Source: an uncultured Acidobacteriota bacterium (GTDB lineage Bacteria; Acidobacteriota; Thermoanaerobaculia; Multivoradales; UBA5704). From it: DNA of 64,000 nt. The notes beneath the pieces are model-generated. The model was not told the origin of the DNA, ran no database searches, and worked only from the letters and a program-made list of their open reading frames with translations. Numbering within the stretch: position 1 is the stretch's first letter; each line of letters begins with the position of its first letter. The position numbers were made by a program, and so were the translations under genes. Where the stretch lies: contig CAVYRF010000001.1 of NCBI GenBank assembly GCA_963770895.1, positions 576,001-640,000 of the forward strand, written 5' to 3'. This document shows, piece after piece, positions 1 through 8,344 of this stretch.

Positions 1-139
1 CGCCTGGCGCGGCGACCGCCGCCCGCGTGCCGATGCATCCCCATCGCGCGCCAGTCTAGGGACGGTGCACCCGGAACAGAGGGACCCAGCGCAAGGTCCT
101 CTCGATCGCACCTCCGGCGGCGCCCAGATCCGCCGCAAC

Positions 140-270
140 GGTTGCCCGTCGCCAGGGGTGGCTGGCGCCGTCGCGATCCACCGTCCAGGTCGCCCGCCGC
201 CAGGGGGGCGTCGTCGTCGCGATCTGCTGCCCCAGGTAGCCGCCAGGGATCGCCGTCGCTGTCGCGATCT
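140..270. repeat. Three degenerate tandem units of ~45 bp (CGCCAGGG...GTCGCGATC)
   Basis: CGCCAGGG starts at 150, 198 and 241. GTCGCGATC starts at 170, 216 and 261. The spacings are not all multiples of 3. Confidence 0.6.
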
Positions 271-454
271 GCCGCTGCGGCCGCCGCCGCATGGTCGCCC
301 TCGCCGCGCGCTCGGTCGCCGCCGCCCGCCGTCGCCGGGGCGCCCACCTCGGTCCCGCCCTCGATCCGCCGCGCCTCGCGCCTAGCCTTCGCCCGTGGGC
401 ACCGGCCGGCCTGATCGCGAGCCGCCCAGGCGGCGCGAAAGGAGGTGAGCGACC

Positions 455-508
455 ATGCCGATCCAGCTCAACGTGAAAGCCGGTTTGAAGGCCGAGCGCG
501 TCCAGTGA
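455..508 (+). CDS. Small ORF, 17 aa (MPIQLNVKAGLKAERVQ)
   Basis: Perfect Shine-Dalgarno AAGGAGGTGA (439-448) six nt before ATG 455, TGA at 506-508, and GC-rich third codon positions. Too short for the ORF track. Confidence 0.6.
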   Translation: MPIQLNVKAGLKAERVQ

Positions 509-588
509 ACCGAGCCCCCACCCGCCGCGCATGACCGCCGGCCGGTGCCCACGCCCGCCCGCCCCAGCCGGTCCGGTCCGGCCGGCCG

Positions 589-608
589 CATTTTCACGCG
601 TGAAAATG
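589..608. promoter_or_regulatory. Perfect 20-bp palindrome CATTTTCACGCGTGAAAATG
   Basis: Self-complementary and AT-rich, lying between the convergent small ORF and TPR gene. Could be an operator or a terminator hairpin. Confidence 0.45.
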
Positions 609-640
609 GCCCGCCGCCGGCGCCACCGCCGGCCGGCCGT

Positions 641-2080
641 CTATGGCTCGATCCGAAACGGCGGCGCGGCGGCGGGGAACGGCAGCGAGCGGCGCCAGGC
701 GCGGCGGAAGTACAGCGCCATGTCGCGGGTGAGCGCCTGGGCGCGCTCGGCTTGCCCCGCGGCGGCTTCCATCAGCAGCAACCAGGCGGCGATGCCTTCG
801 GTGTGCATCCGCCAGTGGCGCAGGATGGCGTGGAAGGTCTTGAGCAGCCGGATGGCGTGGCGGCTCTTGCCCTGGGCGATGTAGGTTTCGGCCAGGTCGA
901 GGCTGACCAGGGTCAGCTCCTGGTGAAAGCCGGCCTGGCGGAATTGGTGCCAGACCGCCACCAGCCCGCGCTCGGCGGCGGGGAGCTGGCCCAGCTGGCG
1001 GCAGATTCGCGCCTCCAGCCAGGGCAGCAGCAGGCGCGGCTGGCTGTCGCCCAGCTGGCGGTAGAGCGGCCGGGAGCGTTCCAGCAGGTCGAGCGCCTGC
1101 CAGCTATGGCCGCTGTCGTTGAGGAACCAGATGTAGGCGTGGCGCGCCGCAAGCTCCAGCTGGGGCTCGCGGCTGGGGTCGATCAGCGCCAGGGCGCGCT
1201 TGGCCAGGGCGGCCCCTTTCAGGGAGTCCGCGTAGCCGACCGCGAGCGCCATCTTCTGCAGGGTGCGGCCCTCAAGGTGACCGTCGCGGCACAGCCGGTA
1301 GATCGCCGCCGCCGGCCGCAGCAGATCGGCGGTGCCATCCAGGTCTCCCAGGCTGAACCGCAGGTTGGCCGCGACGCGCAGCAGCGCGGCGTGTTCCAGC
1401 GGTTCGCCGGTGCCTTCTTCCAGCGCCTCCCAGGCCCGCTCCAGGGTTGCGCCCGCGGCTTCCAGCTGGTCGTCGAGGCGCAGCGTGTCGGCCAGCGCGC
1501 CCAACGCGCGAGCGTGCAGGTCGTTGGCCAGTCCGGCTGGGTAGACGCCGGCCGGCAGCAGCTGGTGGACGATCGCCAGCGCCAGCCGGCAGGCCTCCAG
1601 GCCGCGGCCGGTGTCGCGCCAGTGGTATTCGCCGGCGGTGGCGAGCAGCCGATGCACGATGCGGTGGTTGCGGTAGCGCGGATCGCTCTGCACCCGCGGC
1701 AGGCGCTGCGCCGGCGGCGTGCCCTCCAGGATGGCCCACAGCGAGGTGGCTTCCAGCTCCGCGGCGCGGATGGTGGCCAGGCCGGCGGCGCTCAGCTCCA
1801 GGCTGGACGTGAACGCCGCGTCGTAGACGGCGGGAGTGCCGCCCTCGTCAGCGCCGCCGGCGCCGCCAGCCGTGGCGCCGGCGCCGCCAGCGCGGCGGAG
1901 ATGGCGGCCCAGGCTCCGCACCTGACCGCGGGCGCCGCGTATGTAGCTCCAGCACGGATCGCAAAAGGTGGCGAGGTGCGCGATGACCTGCCTTTTCGCG
2001 CTCTCGTGCAGGGTGCCGTCGAGGAGCTGGTCCATGGTCTGCACATCGGGATGGCTGAGATCGTGGCGGTCGAGGGGCAC
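641..2080 (-). CDS. TPR-repeat protein with N-terminal zinc anti-sigma-like (zf-HC2-like) domain
   Basis: GTG start at 2080 after a GAGGT RBS. N-terminus HPDVQTMDQLLDGTL...AHLATFCDPCW, followed by helical Ala/Leu TPR-like repeats. Divergent from an ECF sigma factor. Confidence 0.8.
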   Translation of the reverse strand: MPLDRHDLSHPDVQTMDQLLDGTLHESAKRQVIAHLATFCDPCWSYIRGARGQVRSLGRHLRRAGGAGATAGGAGGADEGGTPAVYDAAFTSSLELSAAGLATIRAAELEATSLWAILEGTPPAQRLPRVQSDPRYRNHRIVHRLLATAGEYHWRDTGRGLEACRLALAIVHQLLPAGVYPAGLANDLHARALGALADTLRLDDQLEAAGATLERAWEALEEGTGEPLEHAALLRVAANLRFSLGDLDGTADLLRPAAAIYRLCRDGHLEGRTLQKMALAVGYADSLKGAALAKRALALIDPSREPQLELAARHAYIWFLNDSGHSWQALDLLERSRPLYRQLGDSQPRLLLPWLEARICRQLGQLPAAERGLVAVWHQFRQAGFHQELTLVSLDLAETYIAQGKSRHAIRLLKTFHAILRHWRMHTEGIAAWLLLMEAAAGQAERAQALTRDMALYFRRAWRRSLPFPAAAPPFRIEP

Positions 2081-2209
2081 GGTCGGGTTACCTCGCTTCT
2101 GGTCTCGATGGGCCGGGATGCCGGCTACAGATCTAGTTACCGGGTGGAGGCATTTTGGGACAGGAAAATCGGCTCTCGCGGGCGCGGCGCCGCCGCCGCA
2201 GGCTAGCTC

Positions 2210-2238
2210 TTGTGCAATACGTGCAAGTACTCTACACT
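2210..2238 (+). promoter_or_regulatory. Sigma70-like promoter of the ECF sigma gene
   Basis: TTGTGC-17 nt-TACACT. It overlaps a direct repeat GTGCAATAC/GTGCAAGTAC (2212-2230) and ends about 15 nt before the GTG start. Confidence 0.5.
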
Positions 2239-2252
2239 CCCTTGAGCGAACT

Positions 2253-2795
2253 GTGAGCGAACGCCCAATTCTGCCGCCTGCGTCGCCGGCTGGGGATCGT
2301 CCCACCGAGCGGGAGCTATTGGCCGTCCTCGGCCGCGTCAAGCCGGCCTTGCGCGCTCTGTTCTGGACCCAGAACGTCGGACCGGCGGACGCCGAAGACA
2401 TCGTGCAGGAGGCGCTCGTCGTGCTGGTCAAGCGGTGGGCAGGCGTCGACGACCCGGCCGGCTTCCTGATGGGCACGGTCAAAAAGCGGCTGCAAACTCA
2501 TTTCCGCCGCCGGCGCAGCGACCGGTCGGTGCCCCTCGACGCCGCGGACCTGGAGCGGGCCGGTGCCGGGCCGCCGCCGCAGCGCCAGGTCGAATGCCGC
2601 CAGGACGCGCGCAAGCTCCTGGCCCGGCTGCCGGAACGCTCGAGCCAGATCGTCGGCATGCGCTACGGCGAAGAGCTGTCCCCGCGCGAAATCGCGCAGG
2701 AGCAGGGCGGCTCCGAAAGCGGCGTGCGCAAGACCGCCAACCGCGGCCTGCGGCGCCTGCGGCACCTGGTCAAGGCTGGCCGGTCTGGCGCCTGA
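2253..2795 (+). CDS. ECF RNA polymerase sigma factor (sigma-70 family)
   Basis: Region 2 motif DAEDIVQEAL and region 4 motif LARLPERSSQIVGMRYGEELSPREIA...VRKTANRGLRRLR. The GTG start at 2253 is inferred. Confidence 0.9.
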   Translation: MSERPILPPASPAGDRPTERELLAVLGRVKPALRALFWTQNVGPADAEDIVQEALVVLVKRWAGVDDPAGFLMGTVKKRLQTHFRRRRSDRSVPLDAADLERAGAGPPPQRQVECRQDARKLLARLPERSSQIVGMRYGEELSPREIAQEQGGSESGVRKTANRGLRRLRHLVKAGRSGA

Positions 2796-2806
2796 GGATC
2801 GTCCGC

Positions 2807-3244
2807 ATGGCAGGCAAGGGCACCACCGTTCAGATCGCCACCGCGGACATGGTGTTTTTGAGCCGCCGCGGCGCGCGCTCGCACCGCGGCGGCGGCACCT
2901 TCAGCCGCAGCGTCGTGCTGCACCGGTCGCTGCAGGCGTTGCGCGACGTCCTGGATCGCTCCGACCCGCGTCTGACCCGCGGCATGTCGCAGGAAATGCA
3001 CCGGCTGATCGCCCGCCTGCTGCCCGAGCCGTGGGCGCTCAAGGTGTTCGAGGTGGAGCAGATGTCGACGCTGCTGGCGCGCGTGCCGGCCTTCGCCGCG
3101 GCGGCGGCCGACGCCGGAGTGGACCCCGACGCTCTGCTGACGCTGGTATCGCAGCTCAACTTCAGCGAGAAGATGGCCCTGGTCGACCATGCGCTGCAGG
3201 AGCAGGCACCGGCGGCGGCCGCGGCGATGCCCGAAGAGGCGTGA
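2807..3244 (+). CDS. Hypothetical protein, 145 aa (possible DNA-binding N-terminus)
   Basis: ATG 11 nt after the sigma stop, with a GAGGA RBS and typical codon usage. No family recognised. Confidence 0.7.
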   Translation: MAGKGTTVQIATADMVFLSRRGARSHRGGGTFSRSVVLHRSLQALRDVLDRSDPRLTRGMSQEMHRLIARLLPEPWALKVFEVEQMSTLLARVPAFAAAAADAGVDPDALLTLVSQLNFSEKMALVDHALQEQAPAAAAAMPEEA

Positions 3245-3419
3245 TCCCGTGGCAGCGTCCACGGAATATGGCGCTGCAGCATCGCGCAATGCATCGTTGA
3301 TGCCGAAGGAGCCATGTAAAGCCGCATCGATGGTCAATGTGGCTGAAAAGATGGCTATCGCGTTGCCGTAAAGTGCGCTATCATTCCGCGAAACTGAAGG
3401 GAGAGGTTCGAAAAGTCAT

Positions 3420-3947
3420 ATGAAAAAGTCAAGACGCCAAACTGGAACATGGGAAGAAGGCGGCGGGTCGGGCAACCCCCGCGACCTGTCCAAGGCGGAA
3501 GGTGCGCGCATCACTGCGATGCTGCAGTCGGCCATTCGGCTCTCCAACCTCACCTATCGCGACGTCGAGCGCGAGCTGGGCTGGAGCGTCGGCACCATCA
3601 CCCGCCTGATGCGCGGTGGGCTTGAATTCAAGTTGAAGCACCTGTTGAGCATTTTGCGCGTCATCCACTTCTCGCCGGCCAGGCTGCTCGCGGTGGCCTA
3701 TCCGTTCACGCGCGGCGAGAACCCCGGCGAAGACCGCCTGCAGCGGCTGCTCGAAAACATGCACGGCGAACCCGACTCGTGGGAAAAGGTCGTGCCGCAG
3801 GCGATGGCGCCGGCCGCTGCCGCGACGCAGCGGCCCAAGCAGGCCGTGACCCAGGAAGACGTCGACTCGATGGTCATGGTTTCGCTGCGCAAGCTGATCC
3901 GCGGCGTCGAAGGCCGCGCCGAAGGCGCCGGCGGCGACAAGGATTAG
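3420..3947 (+). CDS. XRE-family helix-turn-helix transcriptional regulator
   Basis: LTYRDVERELGWSVGTITRLMRGGLEFKLKHLLSIL is an HTH_3-like pattern. The upstream intergenic region is AT-richer. Confidence 0.85.
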   Translation: MKKSRRQTGTWEEGGGSGNPRDLSKAEGARITAMLQSAIRLSNLTYRDVERELGWSVGTITRLMRGGLEFKLKHLLSILRVIHFSPARLLAVAYPFTRGENPGEDRLQRLLENMHGEPDSWEKVVPQAMAPAAAATQRPKQAVTQEDVDSMVMVSLRKLIRGVEGRAEGAGGDKD

Positions 3948-3953
3948 CCGCAC

Positions 3954-3988
3954 CGCCGGCGATCCGGCGCTGCACCGGATCGCCGGCG
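3954..3988. terminator. GC-rich hairpin between convergent genes
   Basis: 14-bp perfect stem CGCCGGCGATCCGG / CCGGATCGCCGGCG with a 7-nt loop, directly after the HTH stop. No U-tract. Confidence 0.55.
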
Positions 3989-4064
3989 CCAGCCGTCCAC
4001 CGCCGGCCGGCACCCGCCCGCCTGCAAAATATTGCCGGCGCGGCCCCCTCTTCGCCCGCGCGCC

Positions 4065-5243
4065 CTACTCGCGGCCGAAGAAGGCTTGCAAGGTCGTCTT
4101 GCGATCGATGCGGGCCGCGGTCAAAAACGCCGACACGCGGTCGTACTGGGTGATGTCGCCGCCCAGGCGGAAGCGCAAGCTGGTCTTGAGCAGCAGCATG
4201 GCGCGCGCCACCTCCTGCGACACGTCCAGGTGCAGCACGTGGTCGGCCGTCTCGCCTGCCAGCTCGCGCGCCCCCTCGGGGTCGTAGCCCGCCGAGAGCA
4301 CGGCGCACAGCTCAAAGCTGATGCAGGCGGCGCTGAAGTCGTCGCCGCGCGCCAGCGACGCGCGCCGCGCGTCGTCGAAAGCCGCCGCGGCGCGCGCTGG
4401 TTCGCCGCATCCGGCGTGCACGCGTCCCTGCAGCCAGCGCAGGATGTTGCGGCCGTTGCGCCCCTTGTAGCGATCGTAGAGCGGCTCGCTCCAGGCCAGC
4501 CGGCGGGAAGCCTCCCGATAGTTGCCGGCATCCACCAGCGCCATGCTGAGAGTGTGGTTGACCACCCAGGTGGAGGCGGGGTCCTTGTCGGGATCGGATA
4601 GCTCCACCGCCCGGCGAAGCACCGTGGCCGCTTCGTGCGGCCGGCCGGCGCAGGTGATGAGCAGCCCCTTGTTGAGCAGGGCGGCGCTGACCAGGTGCGG
4701 CTGGCGTTCCTTGCCGTAGGCCGCCACCGCCGAATCGAGCGCGGCCATGGCGCCGCCCAGGTTGCCGCTGCTGGCAAGCAGAATCCCCTGCACGTTGGCA
4801 AGCCGCGCGGCGAGCAACGACGCGTGAGTGCCGCCGGCAAAGTGCTGGAGCGCCGCGTCGAAGCAGCGCCACGCCGCGGGCAGGTCGCCGTTGACGCGAT
4901 AGGCGTTGGCCAGCTCCAGGCTGGACAGGCAGCGAATGTCGCGCACGTGACGGGGGCCGTGCGTGCGCGGGCAGAGGCCCTCCGCCAGGGTTGCCGCCAG
5001 CTCGCACAGCACCTGCATCTGGCGGATGTCGCTGAAGCGCAGCGCCCAGCTGCGCCGCAGCAGCGCCTCGCAGGTGATGATGCGGCCCGGCCCGCCGTTC
5101 CAGCGCACCGCCGCGGCGCCGCGCTCTTCGATGCGGCGTGCCATGCGCCGCACCTGGCCGCGGCGCTGGGTGGTTGGGGGACCGAACCTGAACGGGATCG
5201 ACAGCGGCAACGCGCTGCCGGCGGCACGCGAGGCGCTCATCAC
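4065..5243 (-). CDS. TPR-repeat protein, paralog of the 5289-6812 protein lacking the zinc finger
   Basis: EALLRRSWALR...ELANAYR aligns by eye with EALLQRSWSLR...ELANAYR of the neighbouring gene. Start codon uncertain. Confidence 0.8.
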   Translation of the reverse strand: MMSASRAAGSALPLSIPFRFGPPTTQRRGQVRRMARRIEERGAAAVRWNGGPGRIITCEALLRRSWALRFSDIRQMQVLCELAATLAEGLCPRTHGPRHVRDIRCLSSLELANAYRVNGDLPAAWRCFDAALQHFAGGTHASLLAARLANVQGILLASSGNLGGAMAALDSAVAAYGKERQPHLVSAALLNKGLLITCAGRPHEAATVLRRAVELSDPDKDPASTWVVNHTLSMALVDAGNYREASRRLAWSEPLYDRYKGRNGRNILRWLQGRVHAGCGEPARAAAAFDDARRASLARGDDFSAACISFELCAVLSAGYDPEGARELAGETADHVLHLDVSQEVARAMLLLKTSLRFRLGGDITQYDRVSAFLTAARIDRKTTLQAFFGRE

Positions 5244-5288
5244 CGCCCGCGGAGGAGAGGCAAGTGTCGAGCTGCGCCGCCGGAGGGC

Positions 5289-6812
5289 TCAGGACAGGAC
5301 GCGGTGAAAGCTGACCTGAGGATCATGCTCGGCTGCGCGCATGAACTGCGCCATCTCGTCTAACAGTACGCCGGTCGTTGCCAGGCGGAATTTGAAGGTC
5401 GATTTGAGCAACATCATCGCCACCGCGGCTTCGCGCCCGATGCTGAGGGTGAGAAAGATATCCGCCGCTTCCAGGGCTTCGCGGCGCGCGTCTTCGTCGC
5501 GCCCCTGGCGGATGTGCAGCGCCGCCAGGTCGAGCAGCACCAGGGTTGCCATGTAGGGCTGGCCGATCTCGAGGAACCCGCGGCGCGCCTCTTCGAGGTC
5601 GCGGATGGCGCGCTCGGCGTCGCCCAGCCCCGAATGGATGCGTCCCTCCAGCATGCGCAGCTTGAGGCGCAGCACCCGGCCGGCGAACTGGTTGTAAAGC
5701 GGCAGGTTGCGCCATACCAGCGCGCGCGCTTCGCGATACTTGGCGCAATCGACCAGGATGGTGGCGATGTTGTGGACGGCGAGCAAGGTGAGATCGGGAT
5801 GGGTCTGCGGATCGATCAGGTCCAGCCCTTCGCCGAGCAGCTTGAGCGCCTCTTCGGTGCGGCAGGCGAAGCCGCAGCAGACGCCCTTCTTGATCAGGGT
5901 GTCGCCGACCTGGTAGGGCTCGCCGCAGCGACGGTAGATCTGGATCGCGCTGTCGAACGCCGCCAGCGCCGTATCGAAGTTGCGGCGGTCGCCCGAGACG
6001 TGGCCCTGGATGACGAACATGCGCGCCGCCATCATGTGGTCCTGCGTCCCCATGCGGAAGTGTTCCAGCGCTTCGTTGATGCTGGCCTGCGCCTCTTCGG
6101 TGCGGCTGGTGATGCGATAGGCGTTGGCCAGCTCGATTGCGGCCCGGCACTGCAGATCGCGGACCCGCTCGCAGTCGTAGAGGCGCGGGTTGAGGCCGGT
6201 GGCGACCACCGTCGCCAGCTCGCAAAGCCGCACCATCTGCAGCGGATCGTCGTGCCGCAAGCTCCAGCTGCGCTGCAGCAACGCTTCGAAGCCGGCGGTG
6301 CCGCGCAGGTGGCGGGGCAGCTCGCAGAAGCCGGCGATCCCTGCCTGTTCGAGGACGGCGAGGACCTGTTCGATCTTTCTGGATTCGCGGCCGGCCCGCG
6401 CGCCGCAGGGCGCGGCAACCGTTCCGGCATGGTGAAGCTCCGGTTGGGTGGCGGCTTCGTCGGGCTCCTCCGCCGCGAGCGCGTCGGGTGGCGGCAGTGC
6501 TGGGAGCGCGGGGAGCGCGGGGAGCGCGGGCAGTGTGGCGAGGCCAGTCAGGTGGCGCAGGGCGGTCGGCCGGGAAGCCGGAGCGCTGTGCGCGCCGTGC
6601 GCAGAAATGGCGGCCAGGCAGGGATCGGACACCTGCTGATGGTGCGCCGCGGGCGGCGAGTGCGGGAACAGGAGCGCTGCCTGGGCCGAGATCAGGGCGC
6701 GGCAGGTGGCGCACCCCGTCCAAAGATGACGCACGACGACGCGTCGATCCTCGTGAGCCAGCCCTCCAGCCAGAAGCCTTGCAAGCTCTGCTGTCGTCGG
6801 ATGTTCACCCAC
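5289..6812 (-). CDS. TPR-repeat protein with N-terminal zinc anti-sigma-like domain
   Basis: EHPTTAELARLLAGGL...RHLWTGCATCR, then an (LPA)n linker, then TPR-like repeats. Confidence 0.85.
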   Translation of the reverse strand: MGEHPTTAELARLLAGGLAHEDRRVVVRHLWTGCATCRALISAQAALLFPHSPPAAHHQQVSDPCLAAISAHGAHSAPASRPTALRHLTGLATLPALPALPALPALPPPDALAAEEPDEAATQPELHHAGTVAAPCGARAGRESRKIEQVLAVLEQAGIAGFCELPRHLRGTAGFEALLQRSWSLRHDDPLQMVRLCELATVVATGLNPRLYDCERVRDLQCRAAIELANAYRITSRTEEAQASINEALEHFRMGTQDHMMAARMFVIQGHVSGDRRNFDTALAAFDSAIQIYRRCGEPYQVGDTLIKKGVCCGFACRTEEALKLLGEGLDLIDPQTHPDLTLLAVHNIATILVDCAKYREARALVWRNLPLYNQFAGRVLRLKLRMLEGRIHSGLGDAERAIRDLEEARRGFLEIGQPYMATLVLLDLAALHIRQGRDEDARREALEAADIFLTLSIGREAAVAMMLLKSTFKFRLATTGVLLDEMAQFMRAAEHDPQVSFHRVLS

Positions 6813-6883
6813 GCGGCACCCCCAGGGTTTGGTGAAGCGAAGTTACGGCGTTTTGAGGCGCAATCGCGAAGCAACAATCGCCG

Positions 6884-7150
6884 CTAGTTCGCCTCCACTG
6901 CCGCGGCCCTGGTCCCCCCGTCGCTGGTGTGCGCCGGACCGAACTTGGAAAGACGGTTCGGCGGCGGCGTCGGGGTGCCCGCGAAGACACTGTGAAGGAA
7001 GTTGAGCGCCTTGGTCCACAGGCCGGCGCCCGGCAGGTTGGTTGAGTTCAAGCCCAGTGTGACCGCATGGGCTTTGCCCGGCAAGGCCAGGGTGAGGGCG
7101 GTCACGACCAGCAGTGCCACGACAATTCTCTTCACATTTGCGCTAAACAT
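6884..7150 (-). CDS. Small secreted protein / putative signalling propeptide, 88 aa
   Basis: GGAGGA RBS before ATG 7150. Sec signal peptide MFSANVKRIVVALLVVTALTLALPGKAHA. It is hidden at the end of the spurious 1046-aa ORF in the track. Confidence 0.8.
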   Translation of the reverse strand: MFSANVKRIVVALLVVTALTLALPGKAHAVTLGLNSTNLPGAGLWTKALNFLHSVFAGTPTPPPNRLSKFGPAHTSDGGTRAAAVEAN

Positions 7151-7338
7151 TGATTCCTCCTCGATCGCTCGACCGTGGTGCCGTCGGGATGCGCGAGAAA
7201 CCTCGTACGGAGCATCCCACCGGACCTTGGCGGTCCTCTTGCGCTCGCTCGCACGGTCGATCAAACCGGCGATCGAACCGCTGCGTCCCAGCTCCGAGTG
7301 CCGCCGCACTCGGCAGCCAAAGATGCATGCTGAGGTCC

Positions 7339-7381
7339 AGTATAACGCTTTCTCGTTGTCAAGGAGCAATCTCGCTGTCAA
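7339..7381 (-). promoter_or_regulatory. Putative promoter of the propeptide-TPR operon with tandem TTGACA(A/G)CGAGA boxes
   Basis: Minus-strand TATACT (7339-7344) is preceded by 12-bp direct repeats at 7351-7362 and 7370-7381 with one mismatch. Confidence 0.45.
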
Positions 7382-7447
7382 CTTCGTGTCGAAAAACTGC
7401 TGGCCGGCCAGCCGGCGTGCGGGCGCTATACTCGCCGGGACGTCACC

Positions 7448-8314
7448 ATGCGCGATGGCGATGCGAACAGCCAGGCGGCGAAAACCGTCGAGATCCGGCC
7501 CCCGTCGGCGAGGGCCGAGGCCTGGCACGTGCTGCGGGTCGCCGCCCTGATCGTCCTGGCCACCTGGATCTATCTTGCCGACACCACCGGCCCGCCCGGC
7601 GGTGGAATCAGTGCTGGCAGCGGTTTTGGCAGCGGCCCTGGCGGCGGTGCCGGCAGCGGCGCCGGGGCGTTGCCGGCGGCCGGTTCTGCCGGCGGCGGGG
7701 CCGGCGCGCCCATGGGCGCGGGCGCCGGTGGCTCGCCGGTGAGTGGCGTCGGCGGGGTCGCGGGGGCGGTGGGAGCGGCGGCGAGCGAGCGCGACCTCAT
7801 GCCTTATCAAAAGCTTTTTCGCGACTGCGATAGCGTCGCGCAGCGCATGTTCCGCGAGCTGCAGGAAGGTCTGCTGGAAGCCGAAAACCGGCGTTCGGCG
7901 ACCGCCGCCTGGCCGTCGCCGCAGGACCTGGCGGCGGCCGGCGTGCCGCCGTTCGCCGACCGCGCCGGCGGGCGCCGCGGCGCGTACCGATGGGAGCTGC
8001 GCCGCGCGGGCCTCGCCGTCAACTACCTGGGCGTGCCGCAAGGCGGCGGCGCTCAGTTTCTGCTGCTCATCCAGGAGCCGGACCCGCTGGCGCCGGATGC
8101 GACGGCGCCGCCCGCCGGTGCGCCGATCCCGGCGACGGACGAAGTGCACCAGCGCCTGGCGGACGGCACCCTGTTGCATGTTTCGACATGGATGCGGGTG
8201 GGGTCGGCGGCGGCTGCTGCTGCTCCTGCGCCGGCGGCAGCTCCGCCCGGCGTTCTCGCCATGCCGGCGGAGGTGGGCTGGACGCAGATCCTGGCCGGCG
8301 CCAGCCGGCCCTGA
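7448..8314 (+). CDS. Membrane-anchored accessory protein of a metal ABC operon (DUF6162 / FpvH-FpvK-like)
   Basis: N-terminal IRPPSARAEAWHVL plus a TM helix, a Gly-rich linker and WPSPQDLAAAGVPPFA. It lies directly upstream of an FpvC-like binding protein. Family recalled from memory. Confidence 0.6.
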   Translation: MRDGDANSQAAKTVEIRPPSARAEAWHVLRVAALIVLATWIYLADTTGPPGGGISAGSGFGSGPGGGAGSGAGALPAAGSAGGGAGAPMGAGAGGSPVSGVGGVAGAVGAAASERDLMPYQKLFRDCDSVAQRMFRELQEGLLEAENRRSATAAWPSPQDLAAAGVPPFADRAGGRRGAYRWELRRAGLAVNYLGVPQGGGAQFLLLIQEPDPLAPDATAPPAGAPIPATDEVHQRLADGTLLHVSTWMRVGSAAAAAAPAPAAAPPGVLAMPAEVGWTQILAGASRP

Positions 8315-8344
8315 GCGGTGCGATGCCTTTTCATGGAGACCACG

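Noticed and set aside
7150-7448. Cobalamin riboswitch or Fur/Zur box upstream of the uptake operon
   Set aside because: No B12-box or GATAATGAT-like palindrome was recognised.
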